From IMG/VR virus record IMGVR_UViG_3300005662_000081, positions 1-41,579 of that record: a stretch of DNA of 41,579 nt; one strand, 5' to 3'. This stretch comes from a virus. Its lineage: Duplodnaviria > Caudoviricetes. A program made the position numbers and the translations under genes. The stretch's first letter is position 1. Every line of letters starts with the position of its first letter. Shown here one piece after another: positions 25,302-34,156 of the stretch. Under the pieces are notes generated by a model, which was not told the origin of the DNA, did no database searches, and saw only the letters and a list, made by a program, of their open reading frames with translations.

Positions 25302-25658
25302 TTAAGAAAAATTCAGATTGGTTTTGTTCGACCACGCGCCGGTGGCGGATTGCTCCGAGACGACATCGCCTGCGGAGTTGGTGGTGATGCGGTAGATAGT
25401 CCAGGCGGTGGCGTCTTCAGCGGGGCCGGAGGCGGGGTAGTCGGTCCAGGAGAGGCGGCCGATGTAGAGGGTGGTGCCTGAGACGGCGTGCAGGAAAATG
25501 GCGGCTCCGGGGCCGGAGACGAGGGGGAAGACTTCGCCGGTGTGGTCTTTGCTGTAAAGTCGCCGGTCGGCCAAGTTCAAGGCGAGTTCGCCGGTGGCGA
25601 CTTGGTTCGCGGCGGGGATGCGGCCTGCGACGGTGGTGCGTTTGACCTTGAGGACCAT
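25302..25658 (-). CDS. Fibre-associated structural protein (118 aa)
   Basis: N-terminal KVKR...GELALNLADRRLY fibre-attachment motif. Confidence 0.65.
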   Translation of the reverse strand: MVLKVKRTTVAGRIPAANQVATGELALNLADRRLYSKDHTGEVFPLVSGPGAAIFLHAVSGTTLYIGRLSWTDYPASGPAEDATAWTIYRITTNSAGDVVSEQSATGAWSNKTNLNFS

Positions 25659-25700
25659 TGGGAAGTTTTAAGTTTTAAGTTTTCAGCGGCTGCGAGGGGG

Positions 25701-25733
25701 AGCGATGGCGCGGGCTGGAACCGCGCCACCGCT
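25701..25733. other. Intergenic stem-loop
   Basis: AGCGATGGCGCGG-N7-CCGCGCCACCGCT. Confidence 0.55.
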
Positions 25734-25750
25734 ATTGGGGGAAGGGCTAC

Positions 25751-26551
25751 CTAGAAGCTGCCGCCGTCGATCTCGGTCTCGAGCGCGGAAACGCGGGAGG
25801 TGAGAGCTGTGGCTGCGGATTCGATGGTGCCTGCGCGGGACTCGAGGGCGTCGATGTCGCCTTCGTTGGTCGTCACACGGCCAGCCAGCGTGGTCGCTGC
25901 GGACTCGATGGCGTTGATGTCCGACTCGGCTGTGGTGACACGACCGGAGAGGGTCGTTGCGGCGCTCTCGATGGTGCCTGCACGGCTCTCAAGGGCGTCG
26001 ATGTCGCCTTCGGCTGTGGTGACGCGGCCCGCGAGGGTCGAGGCGGCACCTTCGATGCTGGTGGCGCGGCTCTCAAGGGCGTCGATGTCACTCTCGGCTG
26101 TGTCGAGGCGTCCGTCGAGGGCTTCCTCGGCTGCGGTGGCGCGGTTGACCTCGGCTGTCAGGGCGCTGGAGGCGCTGCTGGCGAGGGAGGTTATGGCTCC
26201 GTTCAAGCTGGAATCCGCTTGCTGGAAAGCAGTTACGACTTCCGAAAGCGAATTTAGGGCTGTGCCGTCCACATTGGAGAGGACATTGTCGATGCGAGTT
26301 CCGAGGGCGGCTTCCGCTGCGGTGGCGCGGGAGGTTTCGGAGGTGATGCTGCTGTTCAGCGTGCTGACTTCCGAGGAGAGGTCGGCGTTCGTGGCGAAGT
26401 GGCCTTCACCGGCGAGGGCGACGATACCGGAGTCGAGTCCGATGTAGAGTTTGTCGTCAACCTTGTTGTAGGCGAGTTCGCCGATGGCGAGGCTGGCTGG
26501 GGCTCCTGAGTTACCGCTCAGGCGGCGTTTGATGCGAAGGGTATTGGGCAT
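25751..26551 (-). CDS. Coiled-coil fibre protein (266 aa)
   Basis: N-terminal IKRR...GELAYNKVDDKLYIG, heptad repeats, C-terminal IDGGSF. Confidence 0.75.
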   Translation of the reverse strand: MPNTLRIKRRLSGNSGAPASLAIGELAYNKVDDKLYIGLDSGIVALAGEGHFATNADLSSEVSTLNSSITSETSRATAAEAALGTRIDNVLSNVDGTALNSLSEVVTAFQQADSSLNGAITSLASSASSALTAEVNRATAAEEALDGRLDTAESDIDALESRATSIEGAASTLAGRVTTAEGDIDALESRAGTIESAATTLSGRVTTAESDINAIESAATTLAGRVTTNEGDIDALESRAGTIESAATALTSRVSALETEIDGGSF

Positions 26552-26590
26552 TTGTGTTAGGGGATGTTTGGTTGTTCTGCGGGGTTAGTC

Positions 26591-26863
26591 CTAAAACTCA
26601 CCGCCGTCCGCGTCGGACGAGATGGGTAGATAGGAAAGGGTGTCCACATCCCACCGGTGCGGGATGTTGGTATCTGCGGGAAAATAAATGCGGGCGACGA
26701 CGCCTTCGGCGGGAAAGTCGGCGACGGCGGGGAAAGTCTGCACATCGTCGAACTCGTCGGGAATCATCGAGCCGGAGACTTGGCCCGAGGAGTCGAGCTG
26801 CGCCACCTGGGCGGTGGTGCTGATCATCGTGCCAGTGAGGGGATCGAACGAAACTTGCGACAT
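26591..26863 (-). CDS. Small structural protein (90 aa)
   Basis: AQLDSSGQV...RIYFPADTNIPHRW, ending in DGGEF. Confidence 0.65.
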   Translation of the reverse strand: MSQVSFDPLTGTMISTTAQVAQLDSSGQVSGSMIPDEFDDVQTFPAVADFPAEGVVARIYFPADTNIPHRWDVDTLSYLPISSDADGGEF

Positions 26864-26865
26864 GG

Positions 26866-27153
26866 TTACGCGAAGGGGGGATACTGAACGAATGAGGTTT
26901 TGAGTTGGGCGTTGTCGGTCGCGGGCACGCCGCCGAAATAGGTCATGCGGATGCGGGCGACTGCGGTTCCGCCAAAGCTGTATTCGGTGTAATCGGTGTT
27001 GTTCGTGGCACCGACTTTGAAGACCTCAAACTTGTCATAGAGAGGGACTGGAAATCCGGTGGTGACTCGCAGAGCCCCATCTGGTGTGGCTTGGACGGGT
27101 TGCACGATGCCAGCAGAGGAGCGGGCGGCGATCTGGACGGTGGGGTTGCTCAT
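26866..27153 (-). CDS. Small structural protein (95 aa)
   Basis: Beta-rich ORF in the virion operon. Confidence 0.65.
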   Translation of the reverse strand: MSNPTVQIAARSSAGIVQPVQATPDGALRVTTGFPVPLYDKFEVFKVGATNNTDYTEYSFGGTAVARIRMTYFGGVPATDNAQLKTSFVQYPPFA

Positions 27154-27192
27154 GTCGTTAATTTAATTATGGGAGAGGGTGTCAAGGGGTGA

Positions 27193-28140
27193 TTATTGGA
27201 ACGAAGCGGACCAGCGGCGGACCTCGCCTTTGCGCAGCCAGGCGTCGTCCATGCGCTGTTGCAGGATGCCTTCGGCGCGGGCGAACTGGTAGTTGGCTTT
27301 GTCCATCTGGCCGTCCTCGGAAAGCGTTTCGGCGAGGGCGTAAAATTTAAGGTAGTCCGCCAAGAACGCGGGGATGCGGTGGCGCAGCCAGAACTCCTCA
27401 TTGGTCGGGAGATTGCCGGTGGTGTCGGCGATGGCCTCGTAGCAATCGCCGCTCGTGTTGTAGTAAACGAGGTTGCCCGCTGCGTAAGCGGTCGAGGAGT
27501 TGAACGCGGTGCTGGTGAATTTTGGCTGAGGCAGCGAGAACTCCACATACACCGGACCCGAGACATAGTTCTCGTCGATGATGACGAGGCTGTCTCCAGT
27601 GATGACAAACTCCAATTTCTGCGTGATGGCATACTCGCTCGGCTTGTCGGAATAAACCGCGACAACATTGCCGATAGGCGTCTGGCCGGTCTGGATGAGC
27701 GGAATGTATGGCAACGCATCCTCGGGAGCCTCGTTGCCGGAATCCTCGACATAGGCGGCCGTGGCGCGGTCGTTCCACGCCACATTAAGCGCGGTGTCGA
27801 TATTGGAAACCTCGCCGCTTGTCGTGGTGCTCACCCGCTTGATGCGCCACACAAGGTCGGAAAATTCCGAGCCCTGCACAGCGCGGCCAATGTAGGAGGT
27901 CGTGCCTTGGTAATCGTGCTCGTAGGTGTAGCCTCCTTCGGCAAAGCCAGTGCCAAGCACAACCCGCTTCTCCGTGTAGTTCGTCTCCGGCCAATCAAAG
28001 AAAGTCCAAGCGGTCGCGGCAGCGGTGGTCAAATACTCTGCCAGAGCCGTAGCTTGCGAGGCCATGAGCGGCTGCGCGGGGTCGATGCCCATGCGGCTGA
28101 TGACGCCATCTCGGACGGTGCGGTAGGGAGTGGCCTTCAT
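27193..28140 (-). CDS. Head-tail adaptor / tail tubular A-like protein (315 aa)
   Basis: Follows the portal; C-terminal IPAFLADYLKFYALAETLSEDGQMDKA helix. Start ATG 28140. Confidence 0.65.
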   Translation of the reverse strand: MKATPYRTVRDGVISRMGIDPAQPLMASQATALAEYLTTAAATAWTFFDWPETNYTEKRVVLGTGFAEGGYTYEHDYQGTTSYIGRAVQGSEFSDLVWRIKRVSTTTSGEVSNIDTALNVAWNDRATAAYVEDSGNEAPEDALPYIPLIQTGQTPIGNVVAVYSDKPSEYAITQKLEFVITGDSLVIIDENYVSGPVYVEFSLPQPKFTSTAFNSSTAYAAGNLVYYNTSGDCYEAIADTTGNLPTNEEFWLRHRIPAFLADYLKFYALAETLSEDGQMDKANYQFARAEGILQQRMDDAWLRKGEVRRWSASFQ

Positions 28141-30227
28141 TGTGCGCCTCCTTGTTGCAAGGCGGGGAGCGTGCCTTGGCGGCCGATCTGGGCGTTTTGT
28201 TGTTGCTGGAGCTGGAAGTTGAAGCCCTTCATGCGGGCTTCGATCATGTTCCGGAAAATTTCGTCCTGCTGGATGCGCTGCTGGAGGGCGGGGTTGGCGG
28301 CTATGATGCCTTGGAGGACTTGGGCGCGGAGCTGGTGGTTCTGGCCTTCTGTGGGAAGTTCGGGCTCGGTGCCTGCGGCGATCTTCGTGAAGGCGAGTTG
28401 TTCTTCGTTGGCTTCCATGGCGGCGGCGGGGCCGGGGTCGCGGACGAGGAGGTCGGCGAGGACGGGATCGACGGCGGCCATGATGAACTTGATGAGCCCG
28501 GCGCGGTCGATGACTCCGGCGGTATCCATCGGGACGACGGCTTTGCTGATGTAGTTGAGCTTCACGCCAAGGGCTTCGGCGTCGAGGTTCTTGGCATCCC
28601 AATCCACGATCAAATCGAACTTGCCTTGGATGCTTTCGCGGTCGGCTTGGAACGGGAGGGTTTGGCCACCGGAGACGCGGAGGATTTGGACGGGCAGCAT
28701 GTATTGCTGCATCAGTTGATAGGTCTGGCCGATGATGGCTTTGAAATCGCGGAGCCAGCGGTCCACCGTGTGCTGCTGGACGAGGGCGACATAGTTGGGA
28801 TCAACCCCCTCGCCTGCCATGCCGAAGTATTCATTCACATCGCGGCGCACGGCGCGTTCGATCTCGATGGTGCCTTGGTCGAACGGCGGCGGTTGCATCC
28901 AGCCGATTTCGTTGGGACGGCGCTCGGGGATTTGCACGGCGGGGCCGAGGATGATGTCGAGCTTGCCCCGATTGGCGGGCACGCGCATGGGCGGCAGGAT
29001 GGCGATTCCGGCGCGGTCGGTGCGATAGTCGCGCTGGGTCTTGATCTCCGCCTGCATGGTGCTGACGATCTCGGGGATGCCTCGGGCTTCGATGAGGCAA
29101 CGGGTGACGCGCTCGCGGGGGAGTTCGATGAAAGGATATTCGCCGTGCGAGTAGGGGGAGATTTCTTCTTTGGCGAAGATGTCCACATTCGGGTGCATGA
29201 CCCGGCACATGATTTTCGTCGCGCCGGTCTTCTCGTCGGTTTCCTTGGAATAGACATGCCAGATTTCCACCAGGTCGCGGTGGTCTTGCCAGAGGATGGA
29301 GTCGCGGCGGTTGGTATTCTGGTGGGCGTAGATCGGCCAGAGGCTGGTGCCTTTGTAGTTCTCGGCCTTCTCGTAAAATTCGTAGGGGTAGCCTTCGGTG
29401 ACGGTGCGCTCTTCCAACTCCTCGCAAGTCACCATCTCGCGGCGGGCGATCCAGGGGGCGCGTTGGAGGTCGTAGGTGGCGGTGGGGAAAATAATGTCGT
29501 TGAAAGGTTCGAGGGCGGTCCACTCGGGCTTGCTCTCGAAAATGTAGGGCTCGGTGTATTCGACGGTGCCGCCTTCGCGGAGCTTGCGGACATTGGCGGC
29601 GGTGCCGGTGCCGGGGGCGAATTGCTCGGCGAGTTCGATGGCGATTTCTTCTTGGAGCGGGTCAAGGATTGCGCCAATGAGCATGGCGAGCGGCGAGGCG
29701 GGGTCGCCCTGCTCTTGGGCCATGACGATGAGGTCTTCGAGGCTGACGGATTTTTCCTCGATGCGTGTCGTCGTTTTCCAGAACACGCCCATGATGGCGA
29801 TGCCGTAGGTGGCGCGGATGTTGAGGGCGAGTTCGAGTTCGCGGCGGAGGTCGCTGGCGCAGTGAGTGAAGAGCATCCACTTCAGCACGGCCTCGGCGGC
29901 GGTGCGGGATAGGGCGTCGGAGGATTCGACCGGCATCATTTGCAAGCGGGCGGCAAAGGTGGCGGTGAGGCAAAGCTGGGCCTCGCGGTTGCAGACGAGA
30001 TCGGCGAGGCGGATGCGGCTGTCGGCGGAGCCTTCCCAGGGGAAAACATTTTTGCCGTAGTTGCTGGCCCACTTGCGGCCATCGGAGGATTGGCCATCCC
30101 ACAGGGCCATGCGCGTGTCGTAGTTGCGGGCTCGGACGGAGGAGAACCAGCCGCCATCGGTGGCGGCTTCGGTGAGCTGGCCGATCCAGTATTTCGTGTC
30201 GCGGTCTGGCTCGTCGGATTCAGTCAT
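28137..30227 (-). CDS. Portal protein (696 aa)
   Basis: Size, position, P22-like motifs (HGEYPFIEL...RGIPEIV) and a Gln-rich barrel tail. Confidence 0.8.
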   Translation of the reverse strand: MTESDEPDRDTKYWIGQLTEAATDGGWFSSVRARNYDTRMALWDGQSSDGRKWASNYGKNVFPWEGSADSRIRLADLVCNREAQLCLTATFAARLQMMPVESSDALSRTAAEAVLKWMLFTHCASDLRRELELALNIRATYGIAIMGVFWKTTTRIEEKSVSLEDLIVMAQEQGDPASPLAMLIGAILDPLQEEIAIELAEQFAPGTGTAANVRKLREGGTVEYTEPYIFESKPEWTALEPFNDIIFPTATYDLQRAPWIARREMVTCEELEERTVTEGYPYEFYEKAENYKGTSLWPIYAHQNTNRRDSILWQDHRDLVEIWHVYSKETDEKTGATKIMCRVMHPNVDIFAKEEISPYSHGEYPFIELPRERVTRCLIEARGIPEIVSTMQAEIKTQRDYRTDRAGIAILPPMRVPANRGKLDIILGPAVQIPERRPNEIGWMQPPPFDQGTIEIERAVRRDVNEYFGMAGEGVDPNYVALVQQHTVDRWLRDFKAIIGQTYQLMQQYMLPVQILRVSGGQTLPFQADRESIQGKFDLIVDWDAKNLDAEALGVKLNYISKAVVPMDTAGVIDRAGLIKFIMAAVDPVLADLLVRDPGPAAAMEANEEQLAFTKIAAGTEPELPTEGQNHQLRAQVLQGIIAANPALQQRIQQDEIFRNMIEARMKGFNFQLQQQQNAQIGRQGTLPALQQGGAQ

Positions 30228-30571
30228 GCTGTTCGTAGGCCGGGCATGAGGATGGCGAACTTGCCGGTGCCGCCGCATTTCACGACGCATTGGGGGAAGT
30301 TGCGTTTGAACCAGGCGATGAAATCGGAATCACGCCAGCAGCCGGGGACTTTCCAATTCCAGAAGTGATAAATTTGAGGGTCAACGGAGAGGGTCAAAGC
30401 GCCCACGCCTTCGATGGAGCGGAGGTCTTGCTTGGCGTGGTCGGCGGCGATGGCGTGCTGGCGGGCGTCGGCCTGCACGGCGCGGGAGTTCCACTGCTCG
30501 AACAACTCGCTTTTTGCTCCTTCGGCGAGGTCGCCGGGGAGGTCGCTGAGGGCTTCTTTGAGTTCGTCCAT
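30224..30571 (-). CDS. Hypothetical virion-module protein (115 aa)
   Basis: Lies between the capsid and portal genes. Confidence 0.7.
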   Translation of the reverse strand: MDELKEALSDLPGDLAEGAKSELFEQWNSRAVQADARQHAIAADHAKQDLRSIEGVGALTLSVDPQIYHFWNWKVPGCWRDSDFIAWFKRNFPQCVVKCGGTGKFAILMPGLRTA

Positions 30572-30575
30572 TGTC

Positions 30576-30635
30576 AAAAAGGGGAGCCCGGTTGCCGGTG
30601 GCCTGTCCTGAGACGAGGGGCCACCGGCAAGGGCT
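30576..30635 (-). terminator. Stem-loop / terminator after the major capsid gene
   Basis: 12-bp stem (30592-30603 with 30619-30630), T5 downstream on the minus strand. Confidence 0.55.
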
Positions 30636-30646
30636 GGGGGGCGGAA

Positions 30647-31657
30647 TTAGGTCGTTGCGGCAAATTTGCCGAGAACCTGCGGGTTGCTGACCGCTACGCC
30701 GAAGATGGCGTCGCAGAAGCCACGGCGTCCACCGCCACGGTCTTCAAGCTCTTCCATTCTTGGTTTGCGGTTGAACCCGATGGACACGAGGTCCATGTCG
30801 AGCACATAGCCACGGGCTGCCGAGACGGCGGCTGCCGCGCCATGAGCGAGGTAGGTCGAAACATGCAGCGAGAGAACGCCGAAGTCGCCTTCGTAGATGT
30901 CGATGGTGTTTGTGATCTTCTTGGAATCGACATTGCTGTTGAAGGTGCGCACGGAGGACATGACATTCGTGCTGCCCGCTTGGGTGCGGATGAAGTTGGT
31001 GAACGCACGCTTGAGGCTGGTGCCGCAAACGAGGTCGTAGTTGCGACGAGCGCGACGGACCTTGAACATCGACTCCAACACATCGATGACATTGTTCTCG
31101 GTGAGGGAGGCAGTGGCGGTGGTGTTGATCGACGCGGCGGGTGTGCGGAACGCGGCGGGAACGGCTGTGGCTGTGTCGGCCTGCGCGGTGGCTTTGATCC
31201 ATTCACCGATGCCACGGGTTTTGTAGGGGGCTGCGCCGGATTGAACTTGGCTGTCGTTGTCGGAGCCCATGATGGACTCGATGTCGATTTTCAATTCAAC
31301 GAGGGCTTTGGCAGCGGCCTTGTTGAAGGCTTGCTTTTTGCCAACGCCTGCGAGGTCGGCGACATTCTCAACGAGATCATCGACTTGAAAGCTGCGGCGC
31401 GTTTTTTGGATGCGGCCCGAGAGGAGTTCGCGGTTCGCGTGCTGGTCGTCGAAGCTGGAGACATCATCGTTGGCGAGGACGCCAGCGGTTTGCGGATCGT
31501 TGTAGCGGTCGGCGGGCCATTGGAAGAGAACATTGGCGGGCTCTTTCGACTTTTTGCAAAGCGAGAAGAGGGGCGTGTCGCCGGGTTCGATGAGGACCAT
31601 CGCGTCAGAGAGATCCTCGCGTTGGCCTTTGACTGTGGTGATGGGGGTTGCTGCCAT
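30647..31657 (-). CDS. Major capsid protein (DUF5309/SU10-like)
   Basis: GQREDLSD...DTPLFSL...ELKIDIE...KTRGI motifs; 336 aa. Confidence 0.85.
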   Translation of the reverse strand: MAATPITTVKGQREDLSDAMVLIEPGDTPLFSLCKKSKEPANVLFQWPADRYNDPQTAGVLANDDVSSFDDQHANRELLSGRIQKTRRSFQVDDLVENVADLAGVGKKQAFNKAAAKALVELKIDIESIMGSDNDSQVQSGAAPYKTRGIGEWIKATAQADTATAVPAAFRTPAASINTTATASLTENNVIDVLESMFKVRRARRNYDLVCGTSLKRAFTNFIRTQAGSTNVMSSVRTFNSNVDSKKITNTIDIYEGDFGVLSLHVSTYLAHGAAAAVSAARGYVLDMDLVSIGFNRKPRMEELEDRGGGRRGFCDAIFGVAVSNPQVLGKFAATT

Positions 31658-31692
31658 AATAGTGTTTGGGGGGTTTTAAGTTTTGGGTTGGG

Positions 31693-32739
31693 TTAGTTGA
31701 AAAGTGAGGCGACGAAATTCTCGGCGGCATCACGGTTTCCGGACTTCTTCAACTGATCGAGCGGGTCGGCTTTGGATTTGGTTTTGGGGGCGGCTGAGGG
31801 GCTGACAACCTTGGGAGCGACGGCGGTTTTCGCGGGGGCGGCGGGAGCTTTTGGCTTGGCCGCTGCGGATTTTTTGGCCATGGCCTCGGCTTGCTGGAAG
31901 CGGAGGGCTTGGCCGCGAATGGCGTCGCCGATGATGAGTTCGAGATTCGGGAGCTTGGCGATGCCGGGATACGCCTGGAGCGTGGTGAGCATCATCTTGC
32001 GGGCCGGGGATTCGTCTTGGAAAAGCTCGGGATAAACTTGCCGGGCTTCTTGCTGGAAGGTCTCGCGCTGGGCGAGGTAGTTCCGGCGGGCGGGCTCGGC
32101 CTTGAGGATTTGGCGGGCGACTCGCAGGCGCTCTTGAAGCTCTTGCTTCGTGAACTTGCGGGTGGACCCGTCTCCCATGGGCACTTCCACTTCGCCTTCC
32201 ATGTCGGCCTTGGCAATGAGGTCGGGCACATTGTCGAGGACGGTGTTGGCGGCGGCGAGGCGGCTTTCGAGGGCGTCGGCGGTGGTGACATCGCCGAGTG
32301 GGTCGGCAGCGTCTTGTAGCACGATGGGCTGAGCTTTGGTCAGCGCATCCCGGGCGGCGGCGAGTTCGGCTTGGAGGGTGGTGGCTTGCTCCTCGGCGCT
32401 TTTGGCGCGGGCGGTGAGCTTGTCCACACGCTTGGTGAGTTTCCTCACGGCGGCGGGCTCGGCCTCTACAGGCTCCTCGTCGGGGTCTTCGTCGTCGGTG
32501 TCGGCGTCGGTTTCCTCGGGCTCGTCGTCTGCTTCGTCGGAGGGATCGGACGAATCGGACGAATCTTCGGGGGAATCTTCGGTCTCGGTTTCTTCGGTTG
32601 TATTGTCAGGTGTCTCATCCGCGATTGCTTCCTGGTCGGCCTCGGGGGCCGCCGGAGTTGTCTCATCTACGGTGGGGAGGGTGACTCCCAGCGCGTCGAT
32701 GACTTCGCCGATGCTGAATGCTGATTCTGTCTGGTCCAT
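31693..32739 (-). CDS. Scaffold protein
   Basis: Acidic N-terminus, KRVDKLTARAK coiled coil, upstream of the capsid gene. Confidence 0.75.
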   Translation of the reverse strand: MDQTESAFSIGEVIDALGVTLPTVDETTPAAPEADQEAIADETPDNTTEETETEDSPEDSSDSSDPSDEADDEPEETDADTDDEDPDEEPVEAEPAAVRKLTKRVDKLTARAKSAEEQATTLQAELAAARDALTKAQPIVLQDAADPLGDVTTADALESRLAAANTVLDNVPDLIAKADMEGEVEVPMGDGSTRKFTKQELQERLRVARQILKAEPARRNYLAQRETFQQEARQVYPELFQDESPARKMMLTTLQAYPGIAKLPNLELIIGDAIRGQALRFQQAEAMAKKSAAAKPKAPAAPAKTAVAPKVVSPSAAPKTKSKADPLDQLKKSGNRDAAENFVASLFN

Positions 32740-32885
32740 GGTTTGTGGTGCGTCCAAGTCGCGGTGTCAGAACTGAGGTTTTATGCGGCTCCGCACGGTT
32801 TCCACGGAGTTCGCGGCGAGCAGTTCAGCCCTCGCTTGCGAAAGGAAATGCCTGTGAAATGCGGGGAGCGGAAGGGGGTGCTGGC

Positions 32886-32930
32886 GCAATGGGCGCTAAC
32901 GGGAGCTAATGGGTGCTAACGGGGGCTAAA
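32886..32930 (+). repeat. 10-nt phased direct repeats GCTAAYGGGN upstream of the head operon
   Basis: gcaatgggc-gctaacggga-gctaatgggt-gctaacgggg-gctaa. Confidence 0.8.
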
Positions 32931-33052
32931 AAGATTGCAGAAAAGATTAACCACGGAGGACACAGAGGACACGGAGAGGAGGGTTGGACTCGCGGGAGCG
33001 AGCGAGTCAAAGGACACGCAGGGGGATCAATTCGTTGACGCCAACGAAATGA

Positions 33053-33289
33053 TTATTTCTTCGCCAGGAAAGCCTCGGAGCGGGTGCGCTCGATTTCTTC
33101 GCGGAGGGTGCGGAGGGCTTCGAGGCCACCGGCGCTGTGGGCGAGGAGGCCGGGGTTCTGCGCGGTCTGTGGCATGCAGGTGATCTCGGCGGCGTCCTCG
33201 ATGGCGTCGGTGATTTTGAGGAGCACGGCGCGAAACCAGATTTCCTCAGGCGGCACGCACCAGGCGGCGGATTGTTCTTCGGCGGTCAT
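33053..33289 (-). CDS. Hypothetical protein (78 aa)
   Basis: Helical; LAHSAGGLEALRTL. Confidence 0.65.
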   Translation of the reverse strand: MTAEEQSAAWCVPPEEIWFRAVLLKITDAIEDAAEITCMPQTAQNPGLLAHSAGGLEALRTLREEIERTRSEAFLAKK

Positions 33290-33291
33290 GC

Positions 33292-33546
33292 TCAAAAGGG
33301 AATGTCAGGAGACTCGGAGAGCGAGGCGGAATGCGGCTCGGCGGCGGAATCCTCGCGGGGCTTCTTGGGCTCGAAGTAGAGCTTGAAATACTTTTCGCCG
33401 GTGTCGCGGCTTTCGTTCACATACGCGCTAATCCAATACTCGCGGCCTTCGATGGTGCAGGAGCCTTTGTGCGTGGGGTGCGTTTCCTTTTCCTTTTTCT
33501 TGTTGCGGGAAAGGCTGCCGTGGTTGTCGGTTCGTTTGATGCTCAT
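33292..33546 (-). CDS. Small ssDNA-binding-like protein
   Basis: HPTHKGSCTIEGREYWISAY beta core and an SSB-type DIPF C-terminus. Confidence 0.65.
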   Translation of the reverse strand: MSIKRTDNHGSLSRNKKKEKETHPTHKGSCTIEGREYWISAYVNESRDTGEKYFKLYFEPKKPREDSAAEPHSASLSESPDIPF

Positions 33547-33695
33547 GCGAGTTTTTCGAGGTCGGCGGCGCGATACCAGGCGCGGGCTCCTTGGCGGCGA
33601 ATCGGGCGGAGAATGCCGGAGTCGATGAGTTTGGTGATTTGCTTTGCGCTAACGCCCAGACGGGCCATGACATCGCGGCGGCGGAGTAGTTTCAT
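33543..33695 (-). CDS. AlpA/Xis-like HTH protein (50 aa)
   Basis: LLRRRDVMARLGVSAKQITKLIDSGILRP...WYRAADL. Confidence 0.7.
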   Translation of the reverse strand: MKLLRRRDVMARLGVSAKQITKLIDSGILRPIRRQGARAWYRAADLEKLA

Positions 33696-33721
33696 GGATG
33701 CTTTGATTTTACGGGAAGGAG

Positions 33722-34156
33722 TCAAGGGGGGGATTTTTCAAAAATCAGCAAACCGCTTTTGGTAACTCCGCATCGTTTCCATCCAGCGGCCTTAAAACAG
33801 CATCCAGGGTTGTTTGACCGGATGCGTCGCGCATCGACATAGGTATAGTGCCGTTCACCAGGCCAGCAGAAATCAGCAATGGCGTCAGCCTGTCCGAGAA
33901 GGAGGCTGGATTTATGTTCCGACTCGTTTCTAAAAACGGAGCAGTTGATCCCTTGCTGACCGGATGCATCGATAAATTTTTTCCAAACAAACAGAGCGTC
34001 ACCGGACCATGTTCGCAGGACGATTTTTTGCCCTGGTCCGCAAAATAATTTAGGCTTTCTTCCGTCTTTGTAGAATTGGCGGCTGTAATGTCGGTCGAAG
34101 AATTTTCGGCAAACATCGTCTCCGTCTTTTGTGATCCACCAAAGCGGTTCATGCAT
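33722..34156 (-). CDS. Mom-like / GNAT-related putative DNA modification protein
   Basis: RHYS...FRNE...YTYVD...NPGCCFKAAGW resembles Mom-superfamily C-terminal motifs; lower GC. Confidence 0.5.
   Translation of the reverse strand: MHEPLWWITKDGDDVCRKFFDRHYSRQFYKDGRKPKLFCGPGQKIVLRTWSGDALFVWKKFIDASGQQGINCSVFRNESEHKSSLLLGQADAIADFCWPGERHYTYVDARRIRSNNPGCCFKAAGWKRCGVTKSGLLIFEKSPP

Noticed and set aside
32540-32570. GATCGGACGAATCGGACGAATC 9-nt repeat in the scaffold gene
   Set aside because: Only 2-3 units in a low-complexity acidic linker; not enough to call an element.
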